Source of the DNA: a virus
Lineage: Duplodnaviria; Caudoviricetes
Direction: 5' to 3' (one strand)
Length of the DNA: 64,000 nt
Virus record (IMG/VR): IMGVR_UViG_3300037067_013150
Coordinates: 11,169 to 75,168 of that record
The first letter of the stretch is position 1. Each line of letters opens with the position of its first letter. The notes below the pieces were generated by a model, which ran no database searches, was not told the DNA's origin, and was given only the letters and a program-made list of their open reading frames with translations. The position numbers were made by a program, and so were the translations under genes. Shown here one piece after another: positions 34,522 to 44,053 of the stretch.

Positions 34522-35503
34522 TTTAAAACCTTCTTGTATTATTCTAATTCTTTTATAATAAAAGTTATAGGTATATTACTCTTTTTATTTTCATATTAAT
34601 ATTCTCCTCTATATATAAGTTACATTACCACAATCAAAACAAACATATGATTGTGGTTTCCAATCCTTAAATGATCTATAATGTTTCTTATCCATTATAA
34701 TCATCTTACCACCACAATTATTACATTTCATATTAATACTATCCCTATTATTGCCATTATAATGATAATAAACTGTACAAAAAAACCCGTATAATTATCA
34801 TCCGCATAATATTGAAGCATTCCTACAAACCTACCAGAAATAAGTAAACATAATAGAATGATTATATATATTTTCATTATAATCTCCTATAATGTATAAT
34901 TATTACACCATTCTTCAAACTTAAGAATGGCATTAGCTATTTGTGGTATATATGTAGCATACTTATCTTCTAATTTCCTCCTTTCTTTATCACCAAAGTA
35001 TTCATATACTAATCCCTTCTTCATAACTTTAACCATTAATTGACCTTTAATCTTGTTAATCTCTAACTCACAATCATATAAACTTTCACTTACCATTTAA
35101 ACCTCCTTATTTCTTTTTATTCTTATTTGAAAAAGGTTTCTTCAAACTGCCCCCAAAATCTGTTATAGTATATGTACCATTAAATTGTTTAACTATAACT
35201 TTACCATCAAAATCATTAAAACATAAAGCTCTTCCAAATACAATACCTATAGATCTATTACATGATAATAGCTCTACCTCTTTACCTCCAGAATATAAAA
35301 GTATTGATTCATAACTCTCTTTATTATTAACAAGATAATAAAGAGGTGAAAAAGCATCTGATATAAATATAAGACAAATTAATATTATTGATAATTTTAA
35401 TATAAAATTCATTTATCCTCCTTATAATATTATTATTAATTATCAACAAGTAGCAGTAAAAAGGATCGAATCCCCTTTACTGCTCTATATTCATAATTAC
35501 TAA

Positions 35504-36202
35504 TTATTCAGGACCAATATTTTCTTCTCCATAAAATTCATCCCTTGTATCTGAATAAATATCATATACTTTCTTCGCATCTATAGGACTTATCATCATA
35601 TCCTCTGTATTATTTATAGGTAAGTCACTACCATCTTTCTTTGTTATCCCACTCTCTCCAGGATATAACATAACAGAATGATAATCAAATGGATATTTAT
35701 ACCAATAATATCCTAACTTGTTATAATTAACCATACCTATTGGTAATTTTATATTATCTGGTATATTTATATATAAACTACTATCAGGTCTTAATATCTC
35801 ATCTATTAATCCTAAAACATGACCCAATTCATGTAATATTATTCCCCTATCAAAATTATTAGAAAATATTATAAAATTAGTATCATTAAAATATCCTAAT
35901 GAAGATGTTGCTGCTAATATATGTCCAGCATACTTTATCTTAAAAATCTTTAATACTTTACAATCATCTTCTATATGTTTATCATCTGCTAATTGAATAT
36001 TTATAAACTTAACCCTAAATTGTGATGCTATTTCCCATAGCATCATACAAGATTGTACTTCTAAACTCTCTTCTATTGATAAACCTATTACCTCATATGG
36101 GATATGATGATTAGGCCAAACATCTTTTGGTTCTACCATACATCTCATATTAATTATATTAAATAATATTATTAATACTATAAGAAATCTCATCTCTTTC
36201 AC
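35504..36202 (-). CDS. Astacin-like (M12A) zinc metallopeptidase, probably exported
   Basis: HELGHVLGL, RPD, and PFDYHSVMLY Met-turn; hydrophobic N-terminus. Confidence 0.8.
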   Translation of the reverse strand: MKEMRFLIVLIILFNIINMRCMVEPKDVWPNHHIPYEVIGLSIEESLEVQSCMMLWEIASQFRVKFINIQLADDKHIEDDCKVLKIFKIKYAGHILAATSSLGYFNDTNFIIFSNNFDRGIILHELGHVLGLIDEILRPDSSLYINIPDNIKLPIGMVNYNKLGYYWYKYPFDYHSVMLYPGESGITKKDGSDLPINNTEDMMISPIDAKKVYDIYSDTRDEFYGEENIGPE

Positions 36203-36915
36203 CTCCTTTATTAATTTAAAATCTTAATGTTGCTTACTATATATATAGTAAGCAAAGGTTAAAACTTTAAATGTAATTAAAGCTGTGTATCTGTCTTAAT
36301 ACCAACAGGCTCATAAAGATACCAATTTGTTTATTTATTTTCAGAAAGTTGTTCTATTTTAGTCTCATAATATTTAGAAAAACAATTAAATATTTCTTTA
36401 AGATCTAATTGTTTATCTAATGAATTAATAATTTTAATAAAATCCCCAACAGAAAGTTTAGAATCTATTTTAATCGTATCATCTGATATAGATTTAAGTT
36501 TTATTATCGCTTCAGAAACTTTCATATATATCTAACCTTAATATTAATTAATAATTATTTAAAGGAACCAGCTTACCATTAATAAACTTATTACGTTTTG
36601 TAATCCCTTGACCTCTTCCCCAATCAAAACGTTCATTAGTAGGATGAGCTTTTTCTATCATATCTGTATAGTTTGCTATATTTTCATCAATCATATCGCC
36701 TGCAGATACAAACGTAAATACAGATAAACAATACATAAATCCATTCTTTTCCGCTTTCTCAATCTCCTTTAATGCTTTCTTTAATTCTTTAGTCTCAATA
36801 CAAAATTCCATATCTTACTCCTTATTATTAATATTTATATTACTTATTCATATAATATACTATATAACTGATTATTCATAAAATTCTTTAATGCCTATTA
36901 TAACTAATAAGCATT

Positions 36916-36945
36916 AAAAAATAGCCTATTATTATAAATAGGCTA
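36916..36945 (-). terminator. Intrinsic terminator
   Basis: TAGCCTATT/AATAGGCTA stem plus U-tract. Confidence 0.75.
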
Positions 36946-37515
36946 ATAACTATCTCTTACATAAACCCATACATAGAAGCAATTTGCATTACCTTACTTG
37001 CTTCCTTAAACATCTCCCTCTCTTTACTTGTTAGATGTGAAGCTTTCATTATTAAAACTTTCATATTAAAACCTCCAATCTATATTAAAAGTGTCGATTC
37101 CCCGTTAAACAATTAACTTCTTCTTCAAAACCCTACTTGCATATCTCCTTAATTGCTTAACAATAAGATCAGCATACTTTTGAGCCTCTTTTTTATTAGT
37201 CGCTCTACAAAAATTAACATAGTTACTTAATTCACTACAACATGAAGCTAAAGGACACTTATATATACACCAACATCTACCATTAAAAGATTTATCTCTG
37301 TCTTCTCTTTGTTTTAAATATTCACATAAAGGACATAAACATCTCATATAATATATATAACTAATAACAGATCTATGCTTTACTTGAAGCTTACTCGTAT
37401 ATCCTTTGTCCCTTATATGTTCCCATAACCGTATAGTTAATTCAACCGCTTCTATTAAACTTAATCTCTTATAATACATTTATACCTCCTTTATTATTAA
37501 TTTTTAAATACTATT

Positions 37516-37547
37516 AAAAAATAGCTGATATTAATAATAATATCAGC
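37516..37547 (-). terminator. Intrinsic terminator
   Basis: GCTGATATTA/TAATATCAGC stem plus U-tract. Confidence 0.75.
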
Positions 37548-38862
37548 CTGATTTTAATTTTACTTTATACCTCATATTCTGACACAATTACCTTTTTCTT
37601 TTCTATTTTCTCTTCTTTTTTAATCTTACGCTTCTCTACAAAATCTTCTATTAATTTCTCCGCACTCTCTTTATCTATAAATCCTACAACTTCATAATCA
37701 GGACTGGCTACTAATTCTTTTGTTAATGTTATCCATATCCCTAATACTTTTCTCTGGGCTGAATAATAACCATCCTTTTTTATTATCCTTACTTTCATTT
37801 CTTATACCTCTTATTATAATTAATTTTTAAATCCCGACCGATTTTTAAAGATTGTTCCTCCTCAATACCCTCTGATTATAATCTTTATAATGATCATAAT
37901 CCTCATCAGCTCTACCACTATTAATATAATCATTCATTGCTTCTATCTCTGATATAGTTGGTTCTCTCTCCCTTTCCTCTGAAATATACTTCTCATATTC
38001 CTCTGCCATCTTCCTCTCTGTTTCATAATATTTATCCTGTCTCCTTATCTCTTCCCTTCCACATCTTTTAGAACATACATGATTAATCTCATACTCACCA
38101 TTAACTTCATAACCCTTATTAGATGAATAGGCTTTGTTACATATACAACATGAATATACTTCAGATATATAATACTTACATATCTTCCCTATGTAATCTT
38201 CTATATCATCAATATACTTATTATTAATAATATGATTAATCTTATTTATAATAAATAACTTATTTATTCCCTTATTAAATAACCATTTATTATAATATCT
38301 CTCATATCTATCCACTATATTATCATAATATCCTTCTGACATCTTTGCACCGCAATCCTCTATACTTGCTGTTTCACCTGGGTCCCAAAAAGTTTGACGA
38401 GATCCTTTAGATCTATAACCTATACTATGTTCACAACTCCAACATGAATGTTTACCTTTGTATATTCTCTTATTATCCTTAAAAAACTTATTTATTTTAT
38501 TAAAAAGTAACATTCTTTACCTCCTTTACTATCTTTACTTTACTATCTTTAGATCTCTTACTACCTCCTTTCATTCTTTACTATTCATAAATTCTTCTAT
38601 CTTGTCTATTAATGATACATCTTCTATTGGTTCTCCTTCTTCCAATATTAGTGTATTAGTATAAGATTGATTAACATTATATGTCCTTATTACAGAAAAA
38701 TATCGTCCATCTAATTCAACACTAAATGTTGTTTGTTCTTGTTCTACATTTACACTATTCATTCTTTACTCCTTTTATTTAATTTTTATTAATTTTAATA
38801 ATAAATTTAAATAAGTTATTAACATATGTTTATAACTTGTTAATAACTTTGTTAATAAATTA

Positions 38863-39039
38863 TTATTTGTATCTTTTCCTAAACATACCAAATTTATGAG
38901 TAGCATAATATACATTATAATGCTCATCATAATCTTCTATTACAACAGTAAACCAATCTATACTACCATACCACGGAGTCTTAAAACCAAATTGGATACA
39001 TAAGGCTCGATTCCCTTTTAATGCTATCTTAATTTCCAC
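38863..39039 (-). CDS. 58-aa hypothetical protein missed by the ORF track (GTG start)
   Basis: AGGAGG SD, then VEIKIALKGNRALCIQFGFKTPWYG...KRYK*; contains motif site 39004. Confidence 0.65.
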   Translation of the reverse strand: MEIKIALKGNRALCIQFGFKTPWYGSIDWFTVVIEDYDEHYNVYYATHKFGMFRKRYK

Positions 39040-39163
39040 CTTTAATCCTCCTATTATTATTAAATTTATTAATTTAAACCGTTATTCATCTTCCCGATCT
39101 CTCCCATGATAAAAAATTCTGGATAATTATTAATAATATAATTATTATAATTATATTATTAAT

Positions 39164-39197
39164 AAAAAGCCCTTGCCTACATGACATAAGCAAGGGC
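39164..39197 (-). terminator. Intrinsic terminator
   Basis: GCCCTTGC/GCAAGGGC stem plus U-tract. Confidence 0.85.
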
Positions 39198-39205
39198 ATT
39201 GAAAT

Positions 39206-39263
39206 ACCGGTTTCTAAACCAGTATATTAAACCGGTTTCTAAACCAGTATATTAAACCGGTTT
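39206..39263. repeat. 25-bp tandem repeat (2.3 copies)
   Basis: ACCGGTTTCTAAACCAGTATATTAA x2 plus ACCGGTTT. Confidence 0.95.
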
Positions 39264-39605
39264 CACAAACGTAAATCTTTCTTGTGTGCTGTACACATAA
39301 CCCTTTGCCTTAAGAAAATCATTATAAGGCTTTTTGAAATGTGTAGGAAGTTTCTCTGGCAGGAGTTCCTCATTGAAGAACACAGGTACTTTATTTTCAT
39401 CATCCCATTTAGCACAAACTCTTTTGAGCATATCTTCATCAGTAGGGATACGACGAACCCACTTATGATCTTCACTCATAAGAACCCATGCTTTAAGGTC
39501 CAGTTCTTCCTTTGCTCTTTCAGCTTTTTGAAGAGCTAAAGTAACAACTTCAAGCTGTTTTTTGTACCTTTTGATTTGTTCTTCTTGATACTGTTTACCA
39601 TTCAT
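39252..39605 (-). CDS. Hypothetical early protein
   Basis: SD GGAG; elevated GC; similar layout to 40397-40792 (W..xSE..KWV.R.P). Confidence 0.75.
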   Translation of the reverse strand: MNGKQYQEEQIKRYKKQLEVVTLALQKAERAKEELDLKAWVLMSEDHKWVRRIPTDEDMLKRVCAKWDDENKVPVFFNEELLPEKLPTHFKKPYNDFLKAKGYVYSTQERFTFVKPV

Positions 39606-40396
39606 AATAAACTCCTTTTTAAATTATTATTTTTATTTAACAGTTTTAAAACTGTTAAGTAGTCCCTGAAAGGTTCGATTCTCCGTTTCAGGGCTAACTT
39701 AATAGCTTAAATCAAATGTCTTGCTTTAGCTATAGAATAAGCAACAGCTAAAGGATCACCAAAGAATTTATCATCGTAATACTTTTTAGCTGTTTTCATA
39801 CCAGCAATAACTTTTTGACCATTACCAAAACGAGCTATGACTGTATCATCTTTAGTACAATAATACAAATCATATCTTTTAGTTTTTAATTCAACTTGAC
39901 CTAACAATAGACATTCTTTACATTCATTTTTATACAGTGTCATTAATTACTCCTTTAATTAATAAATTTATGTAAGCCCTGTATATATACAAGGCAAACA
40001 TAAATTTACTTTACTTTATTACAAGCTACAAAGTAATCACCGGGAGATTTAACCTTGTAATTCCTGTGGAAACAAGCACTTCTACAATAACCAGAATTTA
40101 CTTTAACAATGTCATTCATCCATTGTTCTTTTAAAGGGCAGTTAAAAACTGACCTTGAATCAATAATAATTATATTATTATCTTCAAAAATATAATTATT
40201 CTTTTTAAATTTTTGTTCATCCTTTGCACTATTTCTTGCAGCTTTAGCAAAAGGAAATGAGAAAGCCATAACTAAAAGAATAGCCATAACTATAAAAAAG
40301 GCTATATGTTCCATTAAGAACCTCCTTTTTAAATATAAATAGTCTCAATAAAGCCCCCAGGCTTCATCAGGAAGCCCAGGGGGAGAGTTCAGACTA

Positions 40397-40792
40397 CTAC
40401 TTGGCTACTTCAGCCTTTACAGGCTCTGCGGGGGCTGTGGTGGCTTGTACTTGCTTCTTGTACAGCTTGTACTCACCCTTCTTGCCCTCATAACCGAATG
40501 TTTTCAACTCGGCGTTATAGCCATAGACAGGAATGGTCGGGCAGACTTCAGGAAGTTTATCCATGTTCGCCGTATTGTAGCGATTGGTTTCCCGATTGTA
40601 TTTGATCATCGGGAGAGCCATATCTGCATCATACGGCTTTCTGCAGACCCATTTTTCGCTTCCCAGCGGGAGAATCCACATCTTTTCAGATGCAGATGCC
40701 TTTGCATTAATCGCTTTTTCAAAGCGAGTAACTTGAGCCTTCATCTCTTCCCGCAGTTGCTCGATTGACATTCCCTTCAGTGACTTTTTCAT
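40397..40792 (-). CDS. Hypothetical early protein (GC-rich)
   Basis: SD AGGAG; about 45% GC in a sampled 60-nt line; WILPLGSEKWVCRKP resembles 39252-39605. Confidence 0.75.
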   Translation of the reverse strand: MKKSLKGMSIEQLREEMKAQVTRFEKAINAKASASEKMWILPLGSEKWVCRKPYDADMALPMIKYNRETNRYNTANMDKLPEVCPTIPVYGYNAELKTFGYEGKKGEYKLYKKQVQATTAPAEPVKAEVAK

Positions 40793-41191
40793 ATTGAGTC
40801 TCCTTTTTGGTTTAATTTGGCCTGATTCACAGGCTTCTTATGCCTTATATAAAAATCTATATAAGGCTAAAGAAGATTGTTAATCTTTTAATACTGCACC
40901 ATTAGGATCTATACGCACCATAAAATCATGGTGAGATTTTAATATAGATCTCGCATAGACTTTTTGAGCTTGTCTATCAATCATTAACGGCAATCCTGAT
41001 TTATTAATCATAGTTTTTACAGCTCCTTTAATACTACAGGTTTCAAAGTCTTTTTGCTAATAAGAATATGCTTATGAAACAAATTAATTGTATAAAACTC
41101 TTTAGTTTGCATATAAAAGCTCCTTTATTTTAATTTAAATGCTTTTATATAGGCATCATAAACAGGATTATGATGCCCGATAAAAACACTA

Positions 41192-41536
41192 TTAGCGAAG
41201 CTCAAAATAACCGGTTTTATAATTACCGGTTTTTACCCAGGTATAGCCCAGATCGGCCAATGCCTGGGCCAGATATTGATTCATGCCCCATACCTTGATT
41301 TGCGGTATGCGGACGGGCAAAATTTCGGGTATGCCGATAATTCCATGATAGGATTTATAGACTACGCCTCCAAAATTAAAGCTCCGGTCAGCGTGGTTGT
41401 ATTTCCACGTTTCGGCCCGTTTTGTGACCTTTTCGGCCTGTTTTTTGGCGATTTCAGCGGATATTTCAGCCGACCGATTCGCCCAGAAGATCGCCTGCAT
41501 TTCAGCGATTTGTTTAGACTCTTGAAGATTTTTCAT
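41192..41536 (-). CDS. Hypothetical early protein (GC-rich)
   Basis: SD GAGG; about 50% GC in a sampled 60-nt line. Confidence 0.7.
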   Translation of the reverse strand: MKNLQESKQIAEMQAIFWANRSAEISAEIAKKQAEKVTKRAETWKYNHADRSFNFGGVVYKSYHGIIGIPEILPVRIPQIKVWGMNQYLAQALADLGYTWVKTGNYKTGYFELR

Positions 41537-41564
41537 AAAAACCTCACTTATTATTTTAATTTTA

Positions 41565-41663
41565 GTTCACTTTAAGTGAACTTGATACTATACGGGTGTA
41601 TGGGTACTATACGCCTGTGCAGTATAAAGTTCACTTGATACCATACGGGTGTATGGTATCAAG
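41565..41663. repeat. Inverted and direct repeat cluster
   Basis: AGTTCAC/GTGAACT IR; 23-bp direct repeat CTTGATACYATACGGGTGTATGG at 41581 and 41634; 13-bp perfect hairpin at 41634-41663. Confidence 0.85.
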
Positions 41664-41674
41664 CATTTTAGAAT

Positions 41675-41797
41675 TTAATTAAATATGTTTCTCGGTCTGA
41701 CACGAATTGAACGTTTTTCGGATTCTGTTAACAAGAATCCGTTAGAGTCTGTGACATAATACGGCTTAATACCGACATTTTGTGTTGATTTGTTCAT
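41675..41797 (-). CDS. 40-aa hypothetical protein, first recognisable gene of the leftward block
   Basis: AGGAGG SD, then MNKSTQNVGIKPYY...RNIFN*. Confidence 0.6.
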   Translation of the reverse strand: MNKSTQNVGIKPYYVTDSNGFLLTESEKRSIRVRPRNIFN

Positions 41798-42190
41798 GTT
41801 TCCTCCTGGCCTATTTTAAATAGGCAAAATTAAAGCCTATAATATATATTATAGGCTTTAAAAATGACACAATTTATATATATATGGGTTTTACTTTATA
41901 TAGCTCATTTTTATTTTTGAGCATACCTTTCCATATACAGGCGAAAGTATATTTCAATCCCATACAATTAAATTAAATTATGTCTATATCAAATATAGTC
42001 ATATAAAAATTTATTATGCTATCCAACAAAATAGCAATTTATATTTTCTATATAACTATATAGTAGTTATTAAAAAATTTGGCAGTCAGTTTTAAAGTTT
42101 AACTGTAACTATACTTATAAGATACTAAAAAAATATTGCCTTGAGTGCTGAAATTAAAAATTTTTTAAAAAAAATTAAAATTAAAAAATC

Positions 42191-42322
42191 CATACAAATT
42201 AAAATACCGGTATATAAATTTGCATACCATATACCGTATACCAGTAATTTAGTATATACTAAAATACCGGTATACCTGACATGGGGTCATCGGTATGGCA
42301 TACCGGTAACGGCAGCCAATGT
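42191..42322. repeat. ATACC/ACCGGT-rich iteron-like cluster at the divergence point
   Basis: AAAATACCGGTATA at 42201 and 42261 (60-bp period), ACCGGT at 42302, and many ATACC pentamers. Confidence 0.75.
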
Positions 42323-42493
42323 TTACGCTACCAGAATAAAAATGAGATTAAAAAATTATTAATTTTTGATATGGGGTTCTATTTTTTAAAAATAAAAATT
42401 TTTTCTTGACTTTTTTAGAATAGTATATAGATTTAATAATAATACAATAATAAAATAATAGTAAAATAATAATAAAATAATGGAGTAAAATAA

Positions 42494-42859
42494 ATGACAT
42501 TAACAGAACGTAGATCAAGATTTGTATATAACGGGGCAAGATTAGCAGCAGAAGCTGCAGAAGCACCGATTATACCAGTAATATGGGAAGAAAGGGAAGA
42601 ATCATTTAAGAAACAATTTATGGAAGTAATAGATCGTCAATGTGGAGATATGAGATCTAATTCACCAGAAGAATTACATGGTGGATGGATGCAAGCATAT
42701 ATAGCGATGGGTTGGAAATATGGGGAGGTATATAGTAGGGAAGATAAGACACATCCTGATCTTGTACCATATTCTCAACTTGGTCAATTGGAGCGAGATA
42801 AGGATGCCGTGTTTGTAGCATTGTGTGAAATAGCGAGACAATGGATATATGAAGATTAA
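42494..42859 (+). CDS. RyR-domain protein
   Basis: HGGWMQAYIAMGWKYGEVYSREDKTHPDLVPYSQL...KD. Confidence 0.85.
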   Translation: MTLTERRSRFVYNGARLAAEAAEAPIIPVIWEEREESFKKQFMEVIDRQCGDMRSNSPEELHGGWMQAYIAMGWKYGEVYSREDKTHPDLVPYSQLGQLERDKDAVFVALCEIARQWIYED

Positions 42860-43594
42860 GGAGGGGTGATGTGATTGAATGTGGATTAACCGATTGTTCT
42901 TATTATGATGCAAAAATGACCGCCAATTGTTCACGTGGCCCTGATGGGTCACACGCCGAATGGTGCTGTACTCACAGATATTGCTATAAGTCTCCAATGT
43001 GTATCGATTACAAGCATCTCTACGACATCGAGCATCGCCGCAGGGTGGCGGCAGAGAAAACAATATTAGAGATGCGGAGTCTGTGGGCAAAAGACATAGA
43101 TTTTGAAATGGGATACAATTATAAAAAATGGCAATCCATCATTAAGGAGGCAGGGGAATGAAGTTTTGCAAAGATTGTAGGAATTTTTGCCGGTCTATAG
43201 ATGGAGACTTAAAAACTGGATGGTGGTGTTTTATTCCTATTGGATATGTGCGTACTGCGATAAGAATTGAAAAAGCCTATCGTAATTTTGACCCAACGAA
43301 GCGTAATGCAATGAATAATTGTGTTGATTATCACCGTAAGTGGTGGAAATTTTGGATACGGGAAACAATGAAATAAAGGATAATAGATACTTAACAATGA
43401 TGAGATAGATATATTAATAATTTTATTATAAAAAAAACATAAGGAAATGGATATAATACAATGAAAAATAATGGATTAAAGCCTATTAAATTACCTGGTT
43501 TAAGGATATTAACTAAGAAACAGTATTTTGCATTGATTGCAAGGATTCAAGAATTAGAAAAAGAGGCTCATGATTTAGTTTATGAGCTTATTAA

Positions 43595-44053
43595 ATGGAG
43601 ATAAAGATGAAAAGATTTTTATTTAGTTTTTTTATATTATGTGGATTAGTATCATGTGCTACAGATGAATATTATGTACCATATAAATATACACAAGAAT
43701 TAAATGCTCAAATATGGGTTAAAGAAAATGGGGATAGTATTTTAAGGGAGTATGATCTAGTTGAAAACAGAAAAGAGTATATCTCTAATTCTTTTATCAT
43801 AGAAAATCCTTCTCCAACCGGTTATCTTAAGTATGAAATATCTTTTGATCATAATATGGTTACACTAGATCCAGAAGCAAATCTTTCTGATTCTACTGAT
43901 CCATATACTTCTAAAGAATTTACTATAAGTTCATATGGATGTAGTTATAGACTTGGTAGTGTATGTATTACTGAATATCAATCTGTAGAAGTTACTGTTA
44001 AATTTGGTCCTACATTAGATTTTAAGAAGACATTTATTTTAAGAAGGAGTTAA
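43595..44053 (+). CDS. Putative lipoprotein
   Basis: MKRFLFSFFILCGLVSC signal peptide and lipobox. Confidence 0.6.
   Translation: MEIKMKRFLFSFFILCGLVSCATDEYYVPYKYTQELNAQIWVKENGDSILREYDLVENRKEYISNSFIIENPSPTGYLKYEISFDHNMVTLDPEANLSDSTDPYTSKEFTISSYGCSYRLGSVCITEYQSVEVTVKFGPTLDFKKTFILRRS

Larger units (their letters stand above)
4536..39684 (-). repeat. Dispersed oriented motif, minus-strand consensus RGRRADTCGANCCY (15 sites)
   Basis: Plus-strand GG-N-TCGA-N-TYYC sites at 4536, 6184, 9443, 12705, 17337, 20663, 25011, 27250, 29641, 31277, 33412, 35463, 37091, 39004 and 39672 (single-base variants at 9443 and 37091); partial copies at 1779 and 8213. Confidence 0.88.

Noticed and set aside
4536-39684. 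Motif as tRNA genes/remnants or tRNA-targeting att sites (plus strand resembles the T-arm GGTTCGATTCC)
   Set aside because: No acceptor, D or anticodon arms around any site; the invariant T54 position varies (T/A/C/G); most sites lie inside intact ORFs; no integrase in the window.
39686-39694. GCCCUGAAA identity to lambda nutR boxB
   Set aside because: Only 9 nt, a different loop and no boxA; not shared by the other motif sites.
42141-42566. Track ORFs 42141-42362 (+) and 42348-42566 (-)
   Set aside because: TTG starts without SD, low-complexity translation, and they overlap the repeat cluster and the promoter region.
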